Shown piece by piece: positions 1 through 13,200 of a stretch of DNA of 64,000 bases (within the stretch, counting starts at the first letter, position 1; each line of letters opens with the position of its first letter). The stretch covers positions 5,768,001-5,832,000 of the forward strand of contig CM075993.1 of assembly GCA_038087875.1 (NCBI GenBank). Direction: 5' to 3'. The notes beneath the pieces were generated by a model. It did no database searches and was not told where the DNA came from. It saw nothing but the letters and a program-made list of their open reading frames with translations. A program made the translations under genes and the position numbers. This DNA is from Malacoraja senta. Taxonomy: Eukaryota.

Positions 1-598
1 TATTTTGTTTTAATTTTTAATTAAAAAAATAATTATTATTTATTAGAAGTACATTAGATTACAACCAATTACATTAGTACTCGTCACATATATCTTATTA
101 CAATTAATGTACTCCGTTTATTTTTTACACTAATAAAGGGAAAGGATGAGATTGAGAGAAAGAAGAAAGTGAAGGAAAAAAGTGAAAGTGTAAAAAACGT
201 GACGACACAAAAACAAAAAACAAAGACCCTATAAGAAAGAAATTAAAAAAAAGAGTTAAGAAATAGACCCTAAAAAAGAGAAAGAGGGAAAAGAGAAAAA
301 CAAATACTTTTTTGTAAGCATCACGCAAATGGGACATACCAACTCTCCAGCTTTCATCCCCCCTTACCTGACCTCAGTTTTTTTTTAGTACTTTTGCACC
401 CTGTACTTGTAATAATTCTATAAATGCAGACCACGTCAGGTGGAAGTGATCTGGTTTACCTGCCAGGAGGAGTCTTATCTCTTCTAGGTGTAATGTTTCG
501 AACATATTTGAAATCCACATGTTTATAGTTGGTATTGGAGCATTTTTCCAGAATTTTAGGATTAACTTTTTTCCAGTTATTAACCCATAGTCTATCCC
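1..598 (-). mobile_element. L1/Tx1-type LINE 3' fragment (ORF2 C-terminus, 3' UTR, A-rich tail)
   Basis: [19 protein letters not shown]...HLEE...W; terminal TGTACTTCTAATAAA motif shared with the 54172-55110 element. Confidence 0.8.
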
Positions 599-922
599 TT
601 GGGGGTATTTAAGGTCGGGCAACGCCCGTGCCCATTTGACGAGTAGGGAGCAGCACTGTAATAATAATAATAAATATGTTTCGTTCACACAACTTTGTGC
701 TCCGACTGATTCTTGGCTGGACTCCTGCTAGTCCTTTATACCATGGGTATGTTAATACTTTGCCTCAAATCTCCAGCTGAATTTTGAAAATCAGGAACAG
801 CTCTTCAACCTGATGCTGATGAAAGGTTCCTCAGTGAAGTTTGGTTGAAATCTCCTTTATAACAAGTACTGCCATTCCATGTTGGCATTCAAGGCTCTGG
901 TTTGCAAGCACAAGGTCACTTT

Positions 923-1055
923 ATAAGTTCATAAGTGATAGGAGCAGAATTAGGTAATTTGGCCCATTAAGTCGAGTAGCCATTCAACCATGGCCCATCT
1001 ATCTTTCCCTCTTAACCCCATTCTCCTGCCTTCTCCCCACAACCCCTGACACCAT
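923..1055 (-). mobile_element. CR1-type LINE 3' tail
   Basis: Same GGGGAGAAGGCAGGAGAATGG...AATTCTGCTCCTAT tail as other CR1 copies in the window. Confidence 0.7.
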
Positions 1056-1118
1056 GTGGATAGTTAGACCATATAACAATTGTCATTCTAGATACTCCAG
1101 CAAATCAAAATCTCTTAC

Positions 1119-1212
1119 CTAGTCCGCTCTGCTTCACGTCAGAGATCTGCTTGGAATATGGTGGAACCAAGAGCCGGTATCCAGTGTACTTAGGGGAACT
1201 TTCCGACAGCAC
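1119..1212 (-). CDS. PPIP5K1: PPIP5K1 exon ([32 protein letters not shown]), 94 nt, IDR
   Basis: tag/gtaaga; resembles recalled PPIP5K1 VLSETSSSRPGGYRL...MKQSGLG. Confidence 0.9.
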
Positions 1213-4200
1213 CTAGCAACAAAAAGAGAGATGCTTTACATAGAAGAGAAAACAATTGGACAATTTCAAGGTAATTTCTGATTTGAAAATACTTTCTTTG
1301 TCAAAAGGTCCTGCAGCAGCAAGTGGAGCGGGAGGAACAAGGTGAGGCACAACCGCAGAGACAGTCCCTTCAGACAGGCGAAACAAAATGCAGTGTTTAA
1401 GGGCGGCACGGTAGCGCCGCGGTAGAATTGCTGCCTTACAGCACCAGAGACCCCGGTTCGATCCTGACTATGGGTACTTATCTGTACGGAGTTTGTTCGT
1501 TCTCCCTGTAACTGCTGTGGGTTTTCCTCAGGAGCTCCAGTTTCCTCCCACACTCCAAAGAGGTACAGGTTTGTAGGTTAATTGGCTTGGTAAATGTAAA
1601 AATTGTCTCTAGTGTGTGTAGGATAGTGTTAATGTGCGGGGATCGCTGGTCGGCGCAGGCTTTGTGGGCCGAAGAGCCTGTATCTCTAAATTAAACTACA
1701 CAGGAAGACTCAAGCTAACCACTGTGATCATCGAAACAACAGTGTCGCATCCCAAGATGAATAATTTCATAGTACAACAACCCTGCTGACTCACAAAAAT
1801 GTATCACTATATACTTCATCGTATTAAGGTGTTTTCATTGTGAAACTTTGAATTGCAAGGCTGTTCTCACTCCATTTTCATTATTATGCAGTCTACATTC
1901 CACATTACCAAATGGAGTCAAGTTAAGGGCCTGTCCCACTTGGCCGTCATTTGCACCTCATTTACGCGTCATATGTAAAATAGGTCAACGTCGCACGCAA
2001 ATCATGCGACATCATGCCGTCTAGTGCACGTGACGTTATTAGAATACGGCGCGCGGCGATACACGTGAGACGTCGGGACACCAGTGTGCGACGCCAATGC
2101 CTCAGCGTGCGTACCCAATGCGTCAGCGTGCGTATGCGATACGTCACGCAGGTGGCGCGCGAGGATTTTGTGCAGCACGAAATCCTGGAGCGCCGCGAGA
2201 TACCGCGCGCAACTCCACACTCCTCCACGCCTCTCCATGCGCCCGTCGCACACTACCAGTGTGTCACAACGCGACGACCGCATTTTTGGATTCACGTAAA
2301 TGGCGCGCAAATGACAGCCAAGTGGGACAGGCCCTTTACTTGGTGGTAAGCTGAAGGAAGTGGGAATTCCCTTTTAACCAAGGCAAACTGGGAAAGTAGA
2401 AAGACACAAAGTTTAGTTTAGAGATACAGCATGGAAACTGGTCCCTCTGCTCACTGTTCATGTTGAGCATCGATCACCCGTTCACAGCTGTTCTATGTTA
2501 TCCAACTTTCTCATCCATTCCCCACATACTAGGGGCAATTTCACAGAGGCCAATTAACCTACAAACCTGCATGTCTTTGGGATGTGGGAAGAAACTGGAA
2601 CACCCGAAGGAAACGTTTGATAGCTCTGGGCTGGAGTTTAGAAGGATGATTGGGGAATCTCATTGAAATGACGAAATAACGAAAGGCCCAGATAGAGTGG
2701 ATGTGGAGAGAATGTTTGCAGTAGTGGGAGAGTCTAGAACCAGAGGGCACAGCCCTAGAATAAAAGGACACATCTTTAGAATACAGACGAGGAGTAATTT
2801 CTTTAGCCAGAGGGGGGTGAATCTGTGAGATTCATTGCCACAGATGGCTGTGGAGGCAAAGACATGGATATTTTGAAAGCAGAGATTGACAGGTCCATAA
2901 GGTCATAAGTGATAGGAACAGAATTAGACCATTTGGCCCATTATGTCTACTCTGCCATTCAATCATGACTGATCTCTCTCTCTCTCCCGCCTCCCCCCCC
3001 CCCCCAACCCCACTCTCCTCTCCCCCTCTATAATCCCCGACACCTATACTAGTCAAGAATCTGTCTATCTTAGCCTTAAAAATATACATTGACTTGGGCC
3101 TCCACAGCCATCTATGGCAACTAATTCCACAGATTCACCACCCTCTTACTAACTAAATTCCTCCTCATCTCCTTCCTAAAGGAACATCCTTTAATTCTGA
3201 GGCTATGACCTCTGGTCTTAGACTCTCCCACGAGTGGAAACATCCTCTCCACTCTTCTTCATTAGTAAGGGTGTCAAAGGTTACGGGGAGAAGGCAGAAG
3301 AATATGTTTGAGATGGAAAAAATAGATCAGCCATGATCGAATGGCGGAGCAGACTCAAAGGGCCGAATGGCCTAATTCTGCTTCTATGTCTTATGGAAAC
3401 CCACACAATCACAGAGAGAACCTGAAAACTCCACAGAGACAGCACCCAAGGTCAGGATCAAACCCAGATTTCTATCACGGAGAGGTAGCAGCTCTACCAG
3501 TTGCGCCACCCTACCGCCCTTAGTGTTTCTTCCAAGTTGAAGCCTGTATGCCCTTGACTTCTAACCATGCTTTATACAGAACTAACACCTGTACTTAACA
3601 TTTTCTTTGCAAATTCTGTGTCCCCTCTAAATGATTCTCTTTAGGTTTCAACCTTCAGACACGCACCTTTTGAGCAATGCAGATCAACATTCCATTTAGC
3701 TGGTGTTGTTTAAAATGGAAAGCTGAGGAGCATGGAACCAAGACCTCCACGATATCTTTTAACCTCTGGTAGTTTGGTCAGCACTGATTACCAGGCACAT
3801 GAGTTAATGTGTAAAATGTTCCACCAACATTCTCCAGCAGTCTCAGCTCTCATGCACATTCCATAATTCCTTGATTGCTTGATCAGACTGTTGATCACGA
3901 CACACATGTCCAAATTCAGAAAACATGACACACATAAGAGTGGATAATTATACCCAGACTATTTATGGGAGCCCTGCTTTCCCCAGCTGTGTGATGGTTG
4001 CCAGTACATTCCTGGGAGTCAGTTGTTTTATTTTAAAGCTATTTGTTCATTCGCAGAACGTGGACGTCACTTTAACGTCCATTCCTAACTGAGCCTAACC
4101 TAAAGGGGGACTTTAAGAATCAAACTAATTGCTGGAACTTGAGTCACCTGCCAGTATGACAGTGTGAGGATCAGCTGTATAATGCATTGTGAGACAGTTC

Positions 4201-7200
4201 GCGTTACAGGAGGATTGTTGGCTAATGGCACCAGACCTGATGCAAACCCAAAGGGAGCATCATATACTCCAGGTCTCCAGGGGAAGCGAATGGCTGGAGG
4301 AGCTATCAACTCAAAGTTTTTATTACGTTGATTATATATACAGATAAAATACATTGCTCCTTTCCACAAATAATGACTTTAAGAAGTGAATCTCTCCCGT
4401 CCCACAGTTTACTAATAGACAGGGTCCCGGATAACATGAAGCTATATGGGATATTGGTGATCGGGAGCATCCCCTGCCTCGTGAATACTTCTGCTGAACC
4501 AGGTTAGGTCTGGGAATGTCAGATACATTTCCAAGTTTTCCTTCTCAATCCAAAATTGGGGAATTGTAAATGAAAAAGCATAAATTCAGAGAATGCTAGT
4601 AATTCAGCAATTCAGGCAGAATCTTCAACCTAAAATGATAGCAGTTTCTCTCTCTACAGATGCTTTCTGACCTGCCGAGTCATCTTTTTTCATCTGCAGT
4701 TTTTTAATTTATTGAATTGAGTCTTCATAGGCTTGTTGCCCCTTCAGAGGGGTGTTTGAATTATAATCTGTAATACATATCTTTCAAGTCCATTCTCATT
4801 AACCACTTAGTCCCTCAATTTTTATAATCACCATCCACAATTTGTATCTACTTTTGAATGGTAGTGTTTGCTGGTGCTTCAGTGATATGAAGCACTGCCA
4901 TTATTGTTGCACATCTTACATCAAAGATAAATCAATATCCTGGAGAGAAGCTGATCTGACAACCTTTCAGCAACAGTGCATGAGATGGATGATCAATCTG
5001 CATCAAATAATAATGCTTCCGGGAGAAATGATGGTTGGGACACAGAGGAATTTGGCATTCAGGCCAGGGAATATTTGACCATCATTGCATCAGGCAGACA
5101 AGACTTCAACGAAAGGATTTAGCTATCTTTTATACCAGTCTAAGATTTCTCCCAAGTTTCCATTCATCACAGAACCTAATCTTTAGCCAATTTGATTTAT
5201 ACTGAGTGATATCAAGAAATGGCCAAGAGCATTGGACACTGCATAGGATGCGAGACCAGACAAAACGATGATGGAGTACTAAAGATCTTTACAATGACAA
5301 CACTGGTATCTTCCCAACAATGTGAAAAATTGCTTATGCAGCTCTTTTAATCAAAAGCACGACCAATCTAGTTAATTAGAACACAGACTACTCTTGATCA
5401 GCTAAGTGAAGCAATGTATCAATGCCATTGCTGACAAGCATCACTTACTAACCAATCTACTCCCCAATGCCAAGTTTGGGTTTCAGCAGAACCACTCACT
5501 CCAGCCTTGCTCCAAACAAGAATAAAAAAGCTGAATGCAGAGGTGTGGTTTGAGATTTGACTGAATATGGCATGTACGATACAAAACTTTATTCATCCCC
5601 GGAGGGACATTAAGCACCAAGGTAACAGTAAAATCAATGGTCAATAAGGAGAAAACTTTTTAATGATTGAGCTATGGCTCATATAAGGAAAATGCTTGAG
5701 GTCTTTGAAGACCAATCATCCCAACCAAGGATATCACCACAGGAGTCACTCGGACCTGCACCCGAGGTTGCTTCTTCAATCATTTCAATAACAGTAGATG
5801 CTGAAGAAGGTTCTTGACCCAAAATATTGTCTGTCCATTCCCACCACAGATGCTTCCTGATCGCGTGAGTTTGTCCAGCGTGATGCGTTTTGGTCTAGAT
5901 TCCAGCGCCTGTAATTTCTTGTGCCCACAGTTACTCACCGAGGCCATTGCAACCTCTGCTACCAAGAGAAACAAGGGCAGCAGTCACAAGGGAACGCACC
6001 ACCAGTGGTTCCCCCATCTTGGAAATACATCAGTGGTCCTTCATCTTCTCAGAGTACAAAACCCAAGAGTACTGTGGAAATATCTTCAACAGAAGGACCA
6101 TAGCAGTTCAAGTGGTGACACACCACCACCTTACCAAGGGCAGTTAGAATGGGCCATAAATGGTAGCTTTCCTAATGACACGTAGATCCAGATGCAACTT
6201 AGATTACTCATTTATATCTTGGAGTGGAATGCAACCCCTGATTAAGAGACAAGGTGCTTATTAACTGATTAAAGGGCCTGTCCCACTGTACGAGGTAATT
6301 CAAGAGCTCTCCCGAGTTTTAAAAAAATCAAACTCTTGGTAAGTATGTAGAATGTACGTAGCGGCTACGTCGGAGCTCGTGGACGTCTCGTAGCGGTTCA
6401 TAATGCTAGCGGCAGGTACTCGGGAAACACGGAAACACGTGACGTTTTTTCAGCACTGTGGAAAATGTCCACCAGAGCCCCGAGTACCTACGATACATTA
6501 CCGTAATTTTCCGAGTTCGAATCGGGCGAAACTCGGGGGAACTCTTGAATTACCTCGTACAGTGGGACAGGCCCTTTACTGCTTCCAAGTGGGTCAAGGA
6601 CGCTGGAAACAACTTTCTGCAATGATACACCAAAAAAACATTAAGCTTCAAATTCAAATCTTCAGATTGAAATAAATTAAGTTTGCACTGTGATTCAAGA
6701 ATCTGAAATGCAAGAGTCTATAATCAGGGAAAAGTACAAATGAATCAAAATATACTTCAAATATGTTTATGAATATTTGATAAAATATTTTACTTGAGAT
6801 TCTTCGAATAAATTGAATTCCATTAATATAACGTCTTTATCATTGCTAAAACACGCCAAGAACTTCAAAAGAAAACAAAATAAATTACACAGATCCATAT
6901 AAGGAGATGACTGGTGAAGCTTGGGTCACATACTTGGTTAAAGATGGAGATTTTAAAGAGGATCTTGGAAATAGGAAAGAAACAGAGGTTTAGGAAGGAA
7001 TATCTGCAGTTTAGGGCTCTGGCAGTCTGATGCAGCTGTCAATAGCAGCGTGATTAAATTTAGGGATGATCAGAGTACAGAATTTGAGGAGCAGAAAGAT
7101 CACAAAGCTCAAGAGCTAGACAACATTACAGAGACAGACAGAGGAGTGCCTACTTAGGGATTTAAAAATCAAGGATGAGAATTTTAAAATAACATCTGTA

Positions 7201-10200
7201 GAACTCTTCGGATGCCGAGTGCTTATGATGGAATTACAGTTATTAGTAAAATGAATAAATTACAAGATCAACATAAACACTCTCTAGCTTAAAACTACAA
7301 ATGATAATCTAAATCAGTACATCAATCATTTGGTCTTCTGCATTCCTATTTATAAGATTATGCATATGTAATGTGGTTCAACATTAAGTCCAACACGCAA
7401 AATTTGGTCTTGACTTCATTGGATAGACAATAGGTGCAGGAGTAGGCCTTTTGGCCCTTCGAGCCAGCACCGCCATTCAATGTGATCATGGCTGATCATC
7501 CCCAATCAGTACCCCGTTCCTGCCTTCTCCCCATATCCCCTATTTTTTAAGACCCCTATCTAGCTCTCTCTTGAAAGCATCCAGAAAATCTGCCTCCTCG
7601 TCTGTGGAATCCTCTGAGGCAGAGAATTCCACAGACGAGGAGACAAGGAATGATGATGGAAAGTTTGATGAAACATGGATGAGAGATGGAAAGATCTTAG
7701 AGGGCACAGGGGGTTACAGTGGTTATGTTACAGTTGAATATTCTAGAGGTCGGCACGCTCTCTGTGAACCAAAATCATTCACAAATACTCATTGCAGAAG
7801 AAAACGCTTCCCCAATCTGCCATGTCTGTGACTTCAGCCTTCTGAGCTGGTTTTACTAATCACCAAGGGGAATGAAAGTAAAGTTCAGCAACACCACCTA
7901 ATAATTACTAGGCTTTCCACTGACAGCCACATCCTGAAAATGATGTATTCAAATAAGAAACAAAATGACCAAATTGATCATTTTCACAATTAACTAGAAA
8001 GATACAAACATCTAAACTAGCAGAAGTTTAAAATAAATTAAAACATGTTTTAAAATTTGGGGACTTTAAACATGCTCTGTCACTCAATACAATCATGGCC
8101 AATTCTTTTATCTCAGCAGCGTTTTCCTGCACTCCCCACACCCCTTCATTAATTTTGTGTCCAGGAATCTCTTTCCTTCTTAAAATATGTTCAGTGACTT
8201 GGCCTCCACAGTCTTTCATGATTCAGATTGTCATTTGAAAAGGCTCCTGCTCAGTCCTAAATGTCTTTCTCCATATGTCATTCTGGTTTTAAAACCCCAC
8301 CCAGGAGAAAACCCTCCCTGCATTTTTGTATGTTTCAATGTGAGCTCCTTTCATTCTTCCAAACTCCAATTAATTCAGCCTGGTCAACGATAACTCCAAA
8401 TACAACAGCCCCACCATATATCTGAAGAATGGTCTCGACCCGAAACGTCACCCATTCCTTCTCTCCAGAAACGCTGCCTGTCCCGCTGAGTTACTCCAGC
8501 ATTTTGTGTGTGCCCACCATACAATCAGGTGAACCTCACTCATTCATTTTTTGAACAATCAAGGAGTTATCTGACCAAGGCCCTGTAGGAAGACATCCTC
8601 CTGCAATGAAGGTCAACGAGCCATATTCCTTTTTAAACCCTGCTGCATCTGCACATTTTCTCTCAGTGACTGGTGTAAAGAAAAGACACCCATAATCACT
8701 GAGTACATTAACAGCTCTGGCCCTATCACCATTTAAAAAGGAAAGCATAGAACCTAGAAAGGTACAGCACAAGAACAAACCTATCGATTCACAATGTCCA
8801 TGCTGAACATGATGTAAAATAAACTAATCTCTGCCAGCATAGGATCTATATCTCTTCATTCCCTGTATATCCATGTGCCTATCTAAAAGCCTCTTATACC
8901 ACACTGCCTCCACAATTCATGGCAGTGCATTCCAAGCACCCACCATCATTCATAAAGACTCCTCACACCCTTGGAATAGTCTGTTCGAACTTCTACCATC
9001 CGGCAGACGTTACAATGCCTTCTACGCCCGCACCTCCAGGCTTAGGAACAGCTTCATCCCCAGAGCTATAGCTGCTCTGAACGGCCCTGCTCTGTGCTTC
9101 CCCCCCCCCCCCCCCCCCACCCCCATGAACTATCTCCCTCAGATGGTCACGTCGCACATCGACCCGGCACAGACCTATTTGCACTTTATACTGCTTTAAC
9201 TGTTTTTTCTTAAATCTTGTTTCTCTGGGTGTCTAAATTTTTAGTTAATTAAGTTATTACATCGGATGGAAGCTGCATTCCAAATCTCGTTGTACCTCTG
9301 TGCAATGACAATAAAAGATGTTATTATTATTATTCCTTATAATTTAAAAAAAACTTGCCCTACACATCTCCTTTAAACTTTGCCCTTCACCTTAAAGCTA
9401 TGCCCTCTATTCTTTGACATTTTCACCCTGGAAAAATGGTTCTGACTGCCTATCTAATGTATGCCACGTATTTTATCTAATTCTGTTGGGTCTCCCCTCA
9501 ACCTCTGGCATTGCAGAAATAACAATCCAGTTTGTCCAAACACTCTGCCTTTTATTTTGTTTCCATTAAAGAGGATAACTTCACATTTAACCACATTATA
9601 CTGCATCTATTACGTATTTGCCCATTTGCTGAATTTGTTTACCTTGCCTTGAACCCTCTTTGCATCCTTCTCACAATTAACAAACCGACCCATGCAAGGG
9701 CAAATACAAACGTATTACATTCAGTTCCCTCATGCAAACCACCGATCTCATGAATGTGCTCCAAAACATTTAAATTATGGTGAATAAAACTTCAAATATG
9801 TAATAAATGAATTGGAAAAAGTAAAATCAGAGAGAATAACTCACCAAAGATCCAACTGTTGCACAATAAGCAGACAAAGAATTTCACGCGCACAGTATTG
9901 ATGAAGATAATTAGACACACTGCCAAAAAGGAGCTATAAAATTGTAAAGTATGTGGGATTGATGCATGAAAAAGGGAGCAGTGGTGTTACTGCAATATAT
10001 AGATTATTTTCAATAACTTGCTTAGGGATCTGCCAGTGCTGGTTAACGTTGTGGCCAATGGTACATCTCAGGATGATGACTATGCTGAAGGTTGCGAGGG
10101 CGGCAAGGATGCGCAGTGGTTGAGTTGCTGCCTTACAACGCCAGAGACCTGGGTTCGCTCCTGACTATGGGTGCTGCCGGTGCGGAGTTTGTGCGTTCTC

Positions 10201-13200
10201 CCAGCGAGTTTTCTCCGGGAGCTAGACAATAGACAATAGATGCAGGAGTAGGCCATTCGGCCCTTCGAGCCAGCACCGCCATTTAATGTGATCATGGCTG
10301 ATCATCCCCAGTCAGTACCCCATTCCTGCCTTCTCCCCATATCCCCTGACTCCGCTATTTTTAAGAGCCCTATCTAGCTCTCTCTTGAAAGCATCCAGAG
10401 AACCTGCCTCCACTGCCCTCTGAGGCAGAGAATTCTACAGCTCTGGTTTTCTCCCACATTCCAAAGATGTACAGGTTGGTAGGATAATTGGCTTTGGTAA
10501 AAAAAAAATGTTACTTGTCCCTCGGATAGTGGTAGTGTACAGCGATCACTGCTCAGCACGGACATGGTGGGCCAAAGAGTCTGCTTCCGCGCTGTATGTC
10601 TAAACTAAACTAAGGCACCAGAAATAAAAGTCGATGGTAACAGCGAAACACTGACTTTGTTTCCCTTGGACTCGAAACAATTCAACACATGCACCAAATA
10701 CAAACCGTGCGTGCAAACACCCTCCATATTTACCTCCATGGAGCCCATTTTCCGAGCCTTGGTCAGGGCAGACTTCCTGTGGGTGTGAAAAGACTCGGCT
10801 GGCAATGCCGGAAGAAATCCATCCACATCATCATCATCATTCCCTCGATTCTCTGAAAGGTCTTCCATGCTGCCCTGATCGGTCTTGGAGCCACCTTCAT
10901 TCTACAGAGGCAAGAAATGCCGTTACAACCAATCTCAGAAAGACATAACTAATGAAGACTAGCAAGGATGCTAGATCAGGATCAAGAGTGTTTTATTGTC
11001 ACATGTCCCAGACAGAACAAAGACATTCTTACTTGCAGCAGCACAACAGAATATGTAAACATGGTACTCGATAAACAATATATAAACGAGAAAAAGAGTG
11101 ATTCCAAATAGTTGTTATATTGGGCAGCTATTAGCAAATAGTTGCCCAAATGGACAAGAATCGATCCATAAATTAGTCCAAAATAAATAAATTGGTTAAA
11201 TATTGGATATACAGGCATTTAGATGGGCAGGGGCTAATTAGGGATAGTCAGCATGGTTTTGTATGTGGGAGGTCGTGTCTCACAAATCTGATTGATTTTT
11301 TTGAAGACGTGACCAAAAATGTCTATGAGGGCAGAGCTGTAGATGTTGTGCACATGGACTTCAGTAAGGCGAGATAGCTGAATGGATAGCAAATTGGCTC
11401 CAAGGAAGAAAGCAGAGGGTAATGGTGGAAGGTTGTTTCTCAGACTGGAGGCCTGTGACCAGTGGTGGGCCTCAGGGTTCAGTACAGGGCCCGTTACTGT
11501 TTGTCATCTACATTAATGATTTGTATGAGAACATACATGGCAAGATTAGCAGGTTTGAGTTTGCTGATGATACAAAAGTGAGTGGTTTTGCAGATAGTGA
11601 AGATGGTTGTGAACAATTGCACCAGGATCTGGATCGATTGGCCAGGAGGGCAGAGGAATGGTTGATGGAATTTAATACAGAGAAGTGCGAGGTGTTGTAA
11701 TTTGGGACGTCGAACAAGGGCAGGATCTACATAGTAAAGGGTAGGCCTCTAGGTTGTGTTGTAGAGCAGATGGATCTAGTACAGGTACATGGTTCCGAGA
11801 AGGTCGAGTTGCAGGTAGATAAGGTGGTCAAAGAGGCCTTTGGCACTTTGGTCTTCATCAGTCAGAGTATTGAGTATAGAAGTTGGGAGGTCATGTTGCA
11901 GTTGTATAAGACGTTGTGAGACCACATTTAGAATATTGTGTTCAGTTCTGGGCACCATGTTATAAGAAAGATATTGTCAAGGATGTTGCCAGGACTAGAG
12001 AGTATGATCGATAGGGAGAGGTTGAGTTGGCTGGGTCTCCATTCCATGGAGCGTAGGAGGATGAGGGGAGATCTTAAAGAGGTATACAAAATCATGAGAG
12101 GTATAGATCTCGTAGATGTACAGAATCATTTGCCCAGAGTTGGGGAATCGAGGACCAGAGGACATAGGTTCAAGGTGAAGGGGAAAAGATGTAATAGGAA
12201 TCCGAGGGGTAACTTTTTCCACACAAAGGGTGGTGGGTGTATAGGAGGTAGTTGAAGCTGAGATTATCCCATTGTTTAAGAAACAGTTAGACAGGTACAT
12301 GGATAGGACAGGTTTGGAGGGATATGGACCAAGCGCAAGCAAGTGGGACTAGTGTAGCTGGGAAATTGTTGGCCGGTGTGGGCGAGTTGGGCCGAAGGGC
12401 CTGTTTCCACACTGTTATCACTATGTGGAAGAAGGACTAATTAGATCCATCTACAAAGAGCAAACACATGCAAGATGGCCCACATGCCTCTTTTTTGCAT
12501 CTATAAATAATCTTGGTGCAGTTTCTGATCTTATAGTTTCACTTACATCTTTTACATTTCAGATTACTTTCATGGTTGTTCAGACTCCACCTTTCACAGC
12601 TATTGTGTCTAAATGTCTGAGTAAAATTGGAGTATGTATGTCCAGGCACCAGAAACTATTTATTTCAGCTCCAGATCATGCCCATTTTTGGAATGATGCA
12701 GATTAAAATCATCCTAGTCAAATATATAGAACAGTAAGAGCAAGGGAGTGTAGTAGCAGAACATGTATTATACTGTTATATAATTTTAGATTTGCTTGAA
12801 AGTTTACAAATGTCACGCTGTATGTTGCTGCAAGTAACATTCTCGTGATTAGAGCACTTGATCTTTTTTAATTATCCTTTATGAAACTGTTGTCTCTGAC
12901 TGGGTATCTTCGAAGGCGGCAGAGATATTCACTGGTTTCAGAAGGAGAGATATAAAAATGAAAAAATTTCAATAAACAAAAGCAGAATCGTTCATATTCA
13001 TGATTTGCTAAACTGAAACTCGGCCAAATAAAAATCTACTTGATCACATTCACAAGATATTATTCCTCAACTGAAGTCTTCCTCGAGCAAAAATCCCAGC
13101 AACAATGGCTTGAGATGGGACCAAAGTGTTATCCTGCAAGTTAAAACAGAAAGCCCCGAGTCTCGTGAGTGAGACCGAGTCATACAACCTTGTAACACGA

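Noticed and set aside
1266..1380. Possible extra exon upstream of the 1119-1212 exon
   Set aside because: No frame resembles PPIP5K and no phase-compatible donor was found.
1401..1470. tRNA-like A/B box sequence (also at other SINE heads)
   Set aside because: These are V-SINE heads, not tRNA genes; no complete cloverleaf.
1962..2354. Five overlapping ORFs on both strands
   Set aside because: By-product of the GC-rich, stop-poor MITE interior; no recognisable protein.
9845..9919. Strong minus-strand donor (TTG|gtgagt) with acceptors giving 11-nt or 75-nt exons
   Set aside because: The 11-nt form shifts frame and the 75-nt form has an early TAA; no homology support. A poison exon cannot be excluded without RNA-seq.
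13040..13160. Good minus-strand acceptor (ttttaacttgcag) just after the 13338 exon
   Set aside because: The frame reaches a stop with no convincing donor, and there is no PPIP5K similarity.
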